DNA of 59,743 bases, filler included, from Nitrospinae bacterium RIFCSPLOWO2_12_FULL_45_22 (GTDB taxonomy: Bacteria > 2-12-FULL-45-22), in NCBI GenBank assembly GCA_001803565.1. It is 3 parts of 3 records of this genome, joined end to end, with 100 filler letters (N's around TTAATTAATTAA, not from the genome) between each part and the next. Parts side by side here need not be neighbours in the genome. Positions count along the whole stretch, not along the records: positions 1 to 23,453 come from MHDQ01000134.1; 2 more parts are not named here. One strand, 5' to 3'. The position numbers and the translations under genes are program-made. Position 1 is the first letter of the stretch. Each line of letters begins with the position of its first letter. Below the pieces are notes generated by a model that saw nothing but the letters and a program-made list of their open reading frames with translations, was not told the DNA's origin and searched no databases. Below are positions 10,504 through 19,553 of the stretch, one piece after another.

Positions 10504-11338
10504 AGGCTTAGGTGCCTTGATTCCACAACTGGAGGATATCTCTGGTCAAGAGCCCAGAAATATCCCGCTGGCAGAGATTTCTTTGGGCCAGTTTCAGCCC
10601 CGCAAAGGGATGGACCCGGGCCGGCTGGAGGAGCTGGCCCAATCTATCAAAGAAAAGGGGGTCATCCAACCTATCATAGTGAGACGGGCTCAGAGGGGGT
10701 ATGAGCTTGTTATAGGGGAGAGGCGTTGGCGGGCGGCCCAACTTATCGGCCTTGAGAAAATCCCGGCCCTAGTCCGAGAAGCCAGTGACTCCGAAGCCAT
10801 GGAGATGGCATTAATAGAGAATATTCAGCGAGAGGATTTAAACCCGGTAGAAGAGGCATTAGCCTATCAACGCCTCCTTCTGGATTTCAACTTAACCCAG
10901 GAGCAGATAGCCGGGCGGGTAGGTAAAGACCGCTCTTCCATAGCCAATTATCTCCGCCTCTTGCGGCTGCCGGAGATAGTCAAGCGGGACCTGGCAGAGG
11001 GGTCGCTCAGTATGGGTCATGCCCGAGCCCTCCTGGCCTTACCATCGCCAGAAGAACAGGAGGCTGCACGGAACTTAATCCTAACCAGGGGATGGTCTGT
11101 AAGGCAGACCGAGGCATATCTTAAGGAGCGGAAGACAAAACAGCAGTTGTCCGCCAGCAAAAAGTCCTTAGCGAAGGATATATTTACCCGAGACCTGGAA
11201 GAAAATCTCCAGGTCGTCTTAGGGACCAGGGTAAGGATCAAGAGGAGAGGGGGGCAAGGCAAGATTGAAGTCCACTTCTCCTCTCTGGAAGAGTTAGAGA
11301 GGATAATAAGGTTTTTCCCTTCAGTTAAAGGAGGCTAA
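10481..11338 (+). CDS. parB: Chromosome partitioning protein ParB/Spo0J
   Basis: GLGKGLGALI, GERRWRA, ENIQREDLNP; ATG at 10481 preferred to TTG at 10472. Confidence 0.97.
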   Translation: MPKRGLGKGLGALIPQLEDISGQEPRNIPLAEISLGQFQPRKGMDPGRLEELAQSIKEKGVIQPIIVRRAQRGYELVIGERRWRAAQLIGLEKIPALVREASDSEAMEMALIENIQREDLNPVEEALAYQRLLLDFNLTQEQIAGRVGKDRSSIANYLRLLRLPEIVKRDLAEGSLSMGHARALLALPSPEEQEAARNLILTRGWSVRQTEAYLKERKTKQQLSASKKSLAKDIFTRDLEENLQVVLGTRVRIKRRGGQGKIEVHFSSLEELERIIRFFPSVKGG

Positions 11339-11341
11339 GAT

Positions 11342-11788
11342 ATGCTCTGGGTAAAAGAGAGAGAGAGGATAAGAGCCTATTTGGGAGAGGGCACGTCCTT
11401 TAAAGGTCAGCTAAACTTTGAAGGAACGGTTCGGCTGGATGGTAAATTAGAAGGGGCGATAATTACTAAGGATAACCTGGTTTTGGGGGAGACGGCTCAA
11501 ATAAAGGCTGATATTTCCGTAGGCAACTTAATAACCAAGGGAAGGATCATTGGGGACATTACTGCCACGGGAAGAGTGGAGATCCATGCTGGGGCCGAAG
11601 TCTATGGTAGTATAAAAACCCCCATCCTTAAAATAGAGGAAGGAGCAATTTTTGTCGGCAAGTGTGAGACGCATAGAGAAGGTGGAAAGCCCCTGCGGGT
11701 ACCTTCTCCTATGGCCTCTGACACGGTGGGAGAAGGACAGCGGCAGTTGGTCCTTTACCCTACTAAACCCGAGAAGCGATCCTCATGA
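11342..11788 (+). CDS. Bactofilin (polymer-forming cytoskeletal protein)
   Basis: Beta-helix repeats LGEGTSFKGQLNFEGTVRLDGKLEG...IEEGAIFVGKC. Confidence 0.88.
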   Translation: MLWVKERERIRAYLGEGTSFKGQLNFEGTVRLDGKLEGAIITKDNLVLGETAQIKADISVGNLITKGRIIGDITATGRVEIHAGAEVYGSIKTPILKIEEGAIFVGKCETHREGGKPLRVPSPMASDTVGEGQRQLVLYPTKPEKRSS

Positions 11789-13317
11789 TAGCCAGGGTGT
11801 GGAGTTGTTCGGTTTATGGCATAGAGGCATATCGGGTGGAGGTAGAAGTGGATATTTCTCCCGGTTTTCCTGGTTTTTCTGTGGTAGGCCTTCCAGATAT
11901 CGCGGTCAAAGAGAGCCGGGATCGAGTTAAGGCAGCTATAAATAATGCCGGTTTTTCCTTCCCCTTTAAAAAAATCACCGTAAACTTGGCCCCGGCAGAT
12001 ATCCGGAAAGAGGGACCCTACTTTGATCTACCTATCGCCATAGCCATATTGAAGGCCATGGGATTCGTTACCGGAGAGGGGATAGAGGATCTGATCATTT
12101 CCGGCGAACTATCCCTGGATGGAAGGGTGAAAGGGATCAAGGGGGCTCTTTCTATGGCTTTGGCAGCAGAAAGGACTTCCAGCCCGGGAATGATCCTACC
12201 CGAAGAGAACGCGGCTGAGGCCGCGGCTGTGCAAGGGATTGATATTTATGGGGTTAAGTCCCTCCCCCAGGTGATAGAGTTTCTCAATGGGCAGCTTTAT
12301 ATACCGCCAAAGAGGGTAGAGATCGGAGAAGTCTTACGTCCGGAGGATTGCTACCAATTGGATTTTTCTGATGTGAAGGGACAGGCCCATGTGAAACGGG
12401 CTTTGGAGGTAGCAGCGGCCGGGGGGCACAATGTCTTAATGTTGGGCCCACCTGGTTCAGGAAAATCAATGTTGGCCAAGCGTATACCTACCATATTGCC
12501 TTCTATGACTTTAGAAGAGGCCGTATCTACCACTAGAATCCACAGCATTATGGGATTAATCCCCCCCGGGCAACCCCTAATTACTACTAGACCTTTCCGG
12601 GCTCCTCACCATACTATTTCTGATGCGGGCTTAATCGGAGGGGGACAGATACCTATGCCTGGGGAAGTGAGTCTGGCCCATAATGGAGTATTATTTTTAG
12701 ATGAACTCCCAGAGTTTAAAAGGAATGTCCTGGAAGTCTTGAGACAGCCTATGGAGGATGGAACGGTCACTATAGCCCGGGCCTCTATGTCAGTATCTTT
12801 CCCTACACGAATTATCCTTATAGGTGCCTGTAACCCTTGCCCCTGCGGTTATTATAACGACCTGTTGCGGGAGTGTACGTGCAGCCCATTAGAGATTAAA
12901 CGTTACTTAAGTAAGCTGTCTGGACCTCTTTTGGATCGGATTGATATCCATATAGAGGTACCATCGGTAAGATATAAGGAATTGACAGGAGAAGGGTTAA
13001 CTGAACCTTCTGCCGCTATAAGGGGAAAGGTGGAAAAGGCCCGGGAGAGGCAGCGAGCGAGGTTTAAGAACCAGGCTATATTCTGCAATGCCCAGATGAA
13101 TCCTAAGCAGTTGAGGCGGTATTGTCCGATTAGCGAGGATTCCAAAAGGCTTTTAGAGGTGGCCATAACCAAATTTGGTATGAGTGCCAGGGCATATGAT
13201 AGGATACTTAAAGTGGCCAGATCTATTGCCGACTTAGAGGGAGAGGAAGAGACGGGCCCTCATCATATTTCTGAAGCCCTCCAATATAGATCCCTGGATC
13301 GGGAGTATCGCCTGTAA
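11785..13317 (+). CDS. comM: ComM/YifB Mg-chelatase-like AAA+ ATPase
   Basis: ITVNLAPAD, GPPGSGKSM, RPFRAPHHTIS, SLAHNGVLFLDE, NPCPCG. Confidence 0.93.
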   Translation: MIARVWSCSVYGIEAYRVEVEVDISPGFPGFSVVGLPDIAVKESRDRVKAAINNAGFSFPFKKITVNLAPADIRKEGPYFDLPIAIAILKAMGFVTGEGIEDLIISGELSLDGRVKGIKGALSMALAAERTSSPGMILPEENAAEAAAVQGIDIYGVKSLPQVIEFLNGQLYIPPKRVEIGEVLRPEDCYQLDFSDVKGQAHVKRALEVAAAGGHNVLMLGPPGSGKSMLAKRIPTILPSMTLEEAVSTTRIHSIMGLIPPGQPLITTRPFRAPHHTISDAGLIGGGQIPMPGEVSLAHNGVLFLDELPEFKRNVLEVLRQPMEDGTVTIARASMSVSFPTRIILIGACNPCPCGYYNDLLRECTCSPLEIKRYLSKLSGPLLDRIDIHIEVPSVRYKELTGEGLTEPSAAIRGKVEKARERQRARFKNQAIFCNAQMNPKQLRRYCPISEDSKRLLEVAITKFGMSARAYDRILKVARSIADLEGEEETGPHHISEALQYRSLDREYRL

Positions 13318-13328
13318 AGGGTGGAAGA

Positions 13329-14897
13329 ATGGTTGAAGAAGAGCGAATAGTGAGGGCGGCAGGCTTAGTAGGTTTTCTTACCCTGCTGAGCAGGGTCTTT
13401 GGTCTATTAAGGGATATCGTGGTGGCCAATTTTTTTGGTGCCACTATGGCGGCTGATGCCTTCTATGTAGCCTTCAGGATCCCTAATCTCCTCCGGCGCC
13501 TCTTAGCCGAAGGGGCCTTGAGCATATCCTTTATCCCTATCTTTACCGACTATTTGACCCATCAAAGCAAGGGGGAAGCCTTTAAGGTTGCTCGAGTTAC
13601 TCTAACCTTGATTATCCTAATCCTAATCCTTGTTTCTGTCCTGGGGATCATCTTTTCTCCAAAGATAGTAACCGTATTTGCCCCGGGCTTTTCTGTCCAG
13701 CCGAATAAATTTGCCCTAACAGTATTACTCAATCAAGTTATGTTCCCGTTTATCTTTTTTGTTGGGCTAGTTGCCCTGGCTATGGGCATCTTGAATTCCC
13801 TTAATCACTTCGCTGCCCCGGCCCTTGCCCCGGTTTGCTTGAACATTGCTATTATTTGTTCGACTATACTTCTTTCTCGTTATCTGACAGAGCCCATTAT
13901 GGCTGTGGCTATTGGAGTGATGTTAGGTGGCCTGATGCAGCTCCTCTTACAAATCCCTTTTTTGCTTCGGGCGGGGATGGTATTTGGCCTGGATTTTCAT
14001 TTCGGCCATCCAGCCATAAGGAGAATGGGGATACTTTTTGGGCCAGCAGTTTTAGGGGTTGCAGTCTATCATTTAGATGTTTTCGTTTCCACAGTGCTGG
14101 CTTCCCTATTAGAGGAGGGGAGCGTGTCTTATCTATATTATGCCTCTCGCTTCTTTGAATTTCCTCAAGGCATCTTTGTTATTTCCGTGGCAACGGTGGT
14201 CTTTCCTGCCCTTTCCCGCTATGGGGCTACGGGTGATATGGAAAACTTCAAGGCGGGGCTTTCCCTTGCCTTGAGGCTGGTATCTTTTATTACTATCCCG
14301 GCTACTATAGGGTTGGTTATCCTTAGGGTTCCCTTGATAAAACTCTTTTTCCAGCGGGGGGCTTTTGATGCAGAGACTACCTGGGCAACGGCACAGGCCC
14401 TTCTATATTATTCATTGGGGTTATGGTCAGTAGCTGGTGCCCGAATTATGGTCCAGGCCTATTATTCACTAAAGGATACCAGGACCCCGGCATTTTTAGC
14501 CTTTCTAACTTTTCTGATCAACCTTTTCCTGAGTCTGATACTGATGGGCCCCTTGAGTTATGGGGGGTTAGCCCTGGCTAATTCCTTCGCCTCCTCCTTC
14601 AATTTCGTCAGCTTAATTTGGATACTACGGAGGAGGCTTGGTGGAATTAGACTAGGGGAGCTGGGTCTTTCTCTGGCAAAAAGCAGTGTTTGTTCGTCTG
14701 TTATGGGCCTTGGGTTATATATTTATTGCCGGCAGGTTCTTTGGCAATCGCCGGGTTCCTGGTTTCAGGAGGGGCTTTTTCTTTTGGGCGCTATCCTTTT
14801 AGGAAGCTCAATTTTTTTTGTACTGGCTTACCTTCTAAGAACCCAGGAGCTGAAAGTAGTTATGCAGTTATGGGATAGAGGTAGGCATAAGCTATGA
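13329..14897 (+). CDS. murJ: Lipid II flippase MurJ (MviN)
   Basis: SRVFGLLRD, AFRIPNLLRRLLAEGA, many TM helices. Confidence 0.97.
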   Translation: MVEEERIVRAAGLVGFLTLLSRVFGLLRDIVVANFFGATMAADAFYVAFRIPNLLRRLLAEGALSISFIPIFTDYLTHQSKGEAFKVARVTLTLIILILILVSVLGIIFSPKIVTVFAPGFSVQPNKFALTVLLNQVMFPFIFFVGLVALAMGILNSLNHFAAPALAPVCLNIAIICSTILLSRYLTEPIMAVAIGVMLGGLMQLLLQIPFLLRAGMVFGLDFHFGHPAIRRMGILFGPAVLGVAVYHLDVFVSTVLASLLEEGSVSYLYYASRFFEFPQGIFVISVATVVFPALSRYGATGDMENFKAGLSLALRLVSFITIPATIGLVILRVPLIKLFFQRGAFDAETTWATAQALLYYSLGLWSVAGARIMVQAYYSLKDTRTPAFLAFLTFLINLFLSLILMGPLSYGGLALANSFASSFNFVSLIWILRRRLGGIRLGELGLSLAKSSVCSSVMGLGLYIYCRQVLWQSPGSWFQEGLFLLGAILLGSSIFFVLAYLLRTQELKVVMQLWDRGRHKL

Positions 14898-14901
14898 GCC
14901 G

Positions 14902-16818
14902 TTAGCAATTTATGCCATAGCGCTTCATTTTTTTTTGTAAACCAACCCGGCTCAATCCCAGTTCCCTGGCAACTCTTGACTTATTCCCACGAAGGGCCTT
15001 GAGGGACTCTTCAATCATATGCCGCTCTACCTTTTCGATAGTCTTCTTTAAGTTCCCCTTCTCATTCATGGCCAAGGTCAGTAATTCATCTCTTTGCCGC
15101 ACATGATCTGATAGGAGGTCTATCTGGATAATTTCCTGGTCAGGGGCTATAGTTACTACTCTTTCAATCTCATGTTCCAGTTCGCGGATATTGCCTGGGA
15201 ATGGGTAGTTTAGTAGAGCCTCCATGGCTTCTTTGCTAAAACCCCTAATAGACTTATGCATCCGCTGACTAAATTTGGTTAAAAAATGCTTTGCCAGCAG
15301 GACTATATCATCTTTGCGTTCCCTTAAAGGGGGTAATACGATGGGAAAAACATTCAAGCGGTAATAAAGATCTTCCCTAAACCGGCCGGAGTCTACTTCT
15401 TTTTTTAGGTCTTTATTGGTGGCAGAAAGTATCCTGACATCAACTTTTTTGTAATTAGTATCACCTAAAGGTCTAATCTCCCCTTCTTCCAATACCCTCA
15501 GGAGCTTAGCCTGCATAGCCGGAGAGGTTTCACTAATTTCATCCAGGAATATAGTGCCCCCGTCAGCCATTTCAAAGAGGCCCTTTCTATCACTAACCGC
15601 CCCGGTAAAAGCCCCTTTCTTATTGCCAAAGAGTTCACTTTCTAACAGGGTCTCTGGAAGGGCGCTGCAGTTCTGGTCAATAAATCTACGGTCTTTACGC
15701 CGGCTGTTATAATGGATGGCGCGGGCAATCAATTCCTTACCGGTCCCGGTTTCTCCCTGGATAAGGACCGTGGTAGGGGTATCAATGACTTTTTCCAATA
15801 ATTCAAAAACCTTCCTCATCTTTGGGTTATTACCGATGATCTGGTCAAATTTATACCTCTTTTCCACTTCTTGCTTTAGGAAGATATTCTCGGCATTAAG
15901 CCGTTCTTTGGCCTCTTTCAATTCTTTATACAAACGGGCGTTCTCGATAGAGATAGCGAGGTTTCCTGCCAGGGTGTTCAATAGGTGGAGGTCTTCTTCG
16001 CTAAACATGCTATCTAATTTGTTCTTGGTGGCTATAGCACCAATGATTGCCCCTTTGCTTTGCAAGGGGGTACAGAGTATGGACCTGAGCCCAGATACGC
16101 CAATATTATCAATGTGTGGATCGTATCGGGGATCTTCTGTGGCAGTAGATACTACCAGGCCCTTTCCTTCCCTGATAACCCAGCCACAAATCCCTCTATT
16201 CATTGGGAAACGATGGCCATTGACGAGTTCGGGGGGGGTAGCAGCCTTTTCATTCACTAATGGTAGATATAATTCATTCTTATCCACCAGGATAATAGAA
16301 GTATTTTCTGCTTCTAATAACATACTGATTTTTGCCGTAGTAAATCTTAATAATTCCTCAATCTCTATCATAGCATTTAGGGAACTACTAATATCGTAAA
16401 GAAGAGACAGCTCCTGCATCCTTCGCTCCAATTCCCGGGCAAGGTGGTAAGTTTCTAAGGCCCGTTTGACCGTAATTTTTAGTTCCTTTGCATTCCAGGG
16501 TTTGAGGATATAACGGTAAACGTGGCCAGTGTTAATAGCTTCTAAGAGTTCATCGGCATCAGTATAGCTGGTAAGGATCATCCGTATGGCCTTAGGGAAA
16601 TATTTTAACGATATCCCGAGCAGTTCTACACCGGTTATTCCTGGCATTCTTTGATCAGCAAGGATCAGGGCAAATTCTTCCTTCTCCATAAGCTTAATAG
16701 CCTCTTGCCCGTTCTTGGCAGAAAATACCCGATATTCACCCCGGAAAGCCCTTTCTAATGCCTCCAGATTGTGAATTTCATCATCAACTACCAATATATT
16801 ATATTTAGGTAATTCCAT
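14902..16818 (-). CDS. Sigma54-dependent response regulator (REC-GAF-AAA+-HTH)
   Basis: ILVVDDE and ADQRMP receiver, GAF-like middle, GETGTGKE, GAFTGA, C-terminal HTH; start placed at ATG 16818. Confidence 0.92.
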   Translation of the reverse strand: MELPKYNILVVDDEIHNLEALERAFRGEYRVFSAKNGQEAIKLMEKEEFALILADQRMPGITGVELLGISLKYFPKAIRMILTSYTDADELLEAINTGHVYRYILKPWNAKELKITVKRALETYHLARELERRMQELSLLYDISSSLNAMIEIEELLRFTTAKISMLLEAENTSIILVDKNELYLPLVNEKAATPPELVNGHRFPMNRGICGWVIREGKGLVVSTATEDPRYDPHIDNIGVSGLRSILCTPLQSKGAIIGAIATKNKLDSMFSEEDLHLLNTLAGNLAISIENARLYKELKEAKERLNAENIFLKQEVEKRYKFDQIIGNNPKMRKVFELLEKVIDTPTTVLIQGETGTGKELIARAIHYNSRRKDRRFIDQNCSALPETLLESELFGNKKGAFTGAVSDRKGLFEMADGGTIFLDEISETSPAMQAKLLRVLEEGEIRPLGDTNYKKVDVRILSATNKDLKKEVDSGRFREDLYYRLNVFPIVLPPLRERKDDIVLLAKHFLTKFSQRMHKSIRGFSKEAMEALLNYPFPGNIRELEHEIERVVTIAPDQEIIQIDLLSDHVRQRDELLTLAMNEKGNLKKTIEKVERHMIEESLKALRGNKSRVARELGLSRVGLQKKMKRYGINC

Positions 16819-17019
16819 GGTATTGTTATTCCTAATTACGGTTTCAATTGATTGGTGGGGGAATAGCAACTAGCGCGCTAGACGGGGAAGATGCCTTACC
16901 TCAGCGGGAACAGCCGAAATGATTGTTGTACGGGAGAACTTTTTCTAAAGATATATCAACCTTATAAGATTGTCAATTAGAAATTAGTTTGTGTTACACT
17001 TGACATATAGGTTTAGGAG

Positions 17020-18609
17020 CTATTGGGTTATCTGATCCCGGCCATATATCTGACCCAACTCTCTAACTATCTCTCCTTGAGTAACATTAGCTTTGACGGC
17101 CTCTATGACGGCCGCAAAGATATTTTTGTTTTCAGCCAGGGCCGCTGCCCGTAGCTTCTTAAGGGTTTCCTGGGCTAGGGAGTGGTTTCGTTCTTTCTTC
17201 AACCGCTTTGTCCGCCTTACCTGCTCCTCTATAAGATCCCTTCTTAATCCAGGGGGAGGAGGGGTTAATCCTTCTTCTTCCATGGTATATTTATTGACTC
17301 CTACTATTATGCGCTCTTTATTATCTATCTCTTTTTGGTATTGGTATGCCGCCTGGCTGATCTCTTTTTGCGGATATCCTTGTCTAACAGCCTCAAGCAT
17401 ACCACCCATCTCCTCTATTCGATTAATATATTCCCCGGCCCGGTTTTCTATTTCATTTGTCAGGTACTCTATATAATACGACCCACCTAAAGGGTCAATC
17501 ACATCAGTTACACCAATTTCCTCTGACAGTATGTTCTGAGTCATCAAGGCAACCCGGGCTGCTTCCTGAGTAGGAGACCATAATGCCTCATCATAAGCAT
17601 CGGTATGTAGCGACTGGACACCGCCTAGAACCGCGGCCAGAGCCTGGATAGACACTCGGGCAATATTGTTTAGGGGTTGGCACCGGGTTAGGGTAGTTCC
17701 AGAGGTCTGGGCATGGAACTTCAGCCGTAAACATTTAGGTTCGGTGATACCGAATCTTTCCCTTAATATCCTGGCCCACATCCGCCGAGCAGCCCGGAAC
17801 TTAGCTATCTCCTCAAAGAATTCATTGCCCACATCAAAGAAAAAGGTAAAGCGGGGGATAAAATCCGCGCCGTTTAACCCGCACTCCAGGCTCTTCCGGA
17901 CATATAATATGGCGCTAGCCAGGGTAAAGGCCAGGGCTTGTACTGGAGTTGCGCCTGCCTGCTGCATGTGCTGACCCACTATACTCAGGCAATTCCATTG
18001 AGGCGCATGCTGGGCACAGAACTTTATATGATCTAGCAAGATGCGTAGGTGTCCGTCTAAGGAGAAGCGAAAGAACATATTGCAACTGGTATAATGGGAG
18101 ATGAAATCAGATTGATTAGAAGTACCCCGAATACACTTCCAGGGGATACCTTGCTTCTCCGCATAGGCCAGGTACATGGCTATTAAGGCAAAAGGGCCTG
18201 GGTCATTAAACCCAGATGTAACTTTATCCAGCGGTATATTTTGGAAGGCTATCTCTAAGTCTTGCAGGGAGTCTATGGTAGTACCGCAGCGGCCCAACAG
18301 TTCTATATCTACTTCATCAGAATCATACCCCCGCGCATAAGAATTACATGGAACAAAATTGATCCCTGTGGTCCCATTTTGAAACATTATCTTTTGTCGG
18401 GCGTTAAATATTTCTGGAGTCTCATGACCTACCAGCATTCTCTTTGTCCAGGGCTGACTCCGGTACATAGTAGGGTAAACCCCTCGGGTAAAGGGGTATT
18501 GGCCCGGGTTGCCGAGAGCCTCTCCCTGGTCAAACTCTTTGGTATCGTCTGAGGTATAAAAAGGCTTTAGTGGGAAACCCGATAGGGTCTGAAATTTTTC
18601 TTTTCTCAT
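17020..18609 (-). CDS. B12-dependent acyl-CoA mutase large (substrate-binding) subunit with non-canonical active site
   Basis: [47 protein letters not shown]; start at ATG 18609 with RBS GAGGAG; no cobalamin-binding domain. Confidence 0.9.
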   Translation of the reverse strand: MRKEKFQTLSGFPLKPFYTSDDTKEFDQGEALGNPGQYPFTRGVYPTMYRSQPWTKRMLVGHETPEIFNARQKIMFQNGTTGINFVPCNSYARGYDSDEVDIELLGRCGTTIDSLQDLEIAFQNIPLDKVTSGFNDPGPFALIAMYLAYAEKQGIPWKCIRGTSNQSDFISHYTSCNMFFRFSLDGHLRILLDHIKFCAQHAPQWNCLSIVGQHMQQAGATPVQALAFTLASAILYVRKSLECGLNGADFIPRFTFFFDVGNEFFEEIAKFRAARRMWARILRERFGITEPKCLRLKFHAQTSGTTLTRCQPLNNIARVSIQALAAVLGGVQSLHTDAYDEALWSPTQEAARVALMTQNILSEEIGVTDVIDPLGGSYYIEYLTNEIENRAGEYINRIEEMGGMLEAVRQGYPQKEISQAAYQYQKEIDNKERIIVGVNKYTMEEEGLTPPPPGLRRDLIEEQVRRTKRLKKERNHSLAQETLKKLRAAALAENKNIFAAVIEAVKANVTQGEIVRELGQIYGRDQITQ

Positions 18610-18631
18610 AGCTTTTGCTCCTCGTAAAAGT

Positions 18632-18789
18632 TTAGCCACAAAAAGGCACAAAAAGCACCCGAGAATTTTAGGAGTCAGGAGACAGTAGTCAGTAGATAAA
18701 AATCTGGCTCCTGACTCCTGCATTCTCTATTATCCAACAGGTTGTGTTGGTATGATCGTTCCGCTTATTTTTGCGCTTCTTTGCGGCTA
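18632..18789. repeat. Nested palindromic element (9-mer-type shell around a 7-mer-type hairpin)
   Basis: TTAGCCACAAAAAGGCACAAAAA...TTTTTGCGCTTCTTTGCGGCTA enclosing AGGAGTCAGGAGACAGTAGTCAG...CTGGCTCCTGACTCCTG. Confidence 0.75.
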
Positions 18790-18811
18790 TATTTTAGAAG
18801 ACCTTAGTTGG

Positions 18812-19021
18812 CTAAACAATTTCAGCAACAGTAACGTTTATAGCTTTTGGGCCTTTATCTCCTTTCTCGACTCCAAATGTCACTGCATCGCCTTCATGCA
18901 AAGAATCAAAATCTATTCCTACTACCGCTGAGCGATGAAAGAATATCTCCCTTCCATCGTCGGCACTAATGAATCCAAATCCTCGGTCTCTAATTAATTT
19001 CTTTACTGTACCTTTAAACAT
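18812..19021 (-). CDS. Cold-shock domain protein
   Basis: RGFGFI (RNP1), IFFHRS (RNP2), KGPKAINV. Confidence 0.95.
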   Translation of the reverse strand: MFKGTVKKLIRDRGFGFISADDGREIFFHRSAVVGIDFDSLHEGDAVTFGVEKGDKGPKAINVTVAEIV

Positions 19022-19429
19022 TAGCTCTCCTCCCTTCCAATATAAATTTTGTGTCTGGACACACCCATAAAATTGCTTCTATTACATCCTTTACATCTCA
19101 ACTGCGCCTTCCTGTGGGATACCTGCAGGAATAGAAATATGCCCTTCCTTTTTCAGACCCGCAATTACAGATAGCCCCTTCATATATTAAGGGGTTTGGA
19201 TATACATCCCTCTTGCTGCACTGCTTTAACCCTTTTCTTCCGCAATCATTATACCACCTATTTAAACTAAAAGGGAGTAGCCCCAGGGTATAATCGTAGG
19301 TGCAGCAGGTAAAACCCTTGAGGCGAGTATGGATAAGGGCAAGGAATTTTCTGGACTTTTGAGTTGACTTAGGGCAGATAAGATGATAGAAAAGACTTTG
19401 AATAGACATACCCACTTCACTTTTTGCGC

Positions 19430-19522
19430 TTGCTTCGCTTCCCTCGCAATGACAAGATTATTTCTTCATGGTTATTGCGAGGAGCGGGTACTCACCCGAA
19501 AGGGTGGGTGGGACGGAGCAAT
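19430..19522. repeat. REP-like palindromic element (CTCGCAATGAC family)
   Basis: TTGCTTCGCTTCCCTCGCAATGAC paired with GTTATTGCGAGGAGC...GACGGAGCAAT; second partial copy at 56339-56361. Confidence 0.65.
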
Positions 19523-19553
19523 TTAAATTCTAATAAGCGAAGTCCTTATCAGC

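Noticed and set aside
15716-16399. 227-aa plus-strand ORF and the many similar antisense ORFs inside long genes
   Set aside because: Lie wholly opposite well-supported genes; typical reverse-frame shadows
18610-18723. N-terminal extension of the divergent mutase in the ORF track
   Set aside because: Translation of the palindromic repeat; a good RBS precedes ATG 18609
19268-19345. AAAGGGAGTAGC resembling the start of a yybP-ykoY riboswitch
   Set aside because: The expected downstream GAGACC and pairing elements are not visible, and no Mn-related gene follows
19098-19415. 105-aa Cys-rich minus-strand ORF
   Set aside because: No family pattern or clear RBS; overlaps the probable cold-shock promoter and leader
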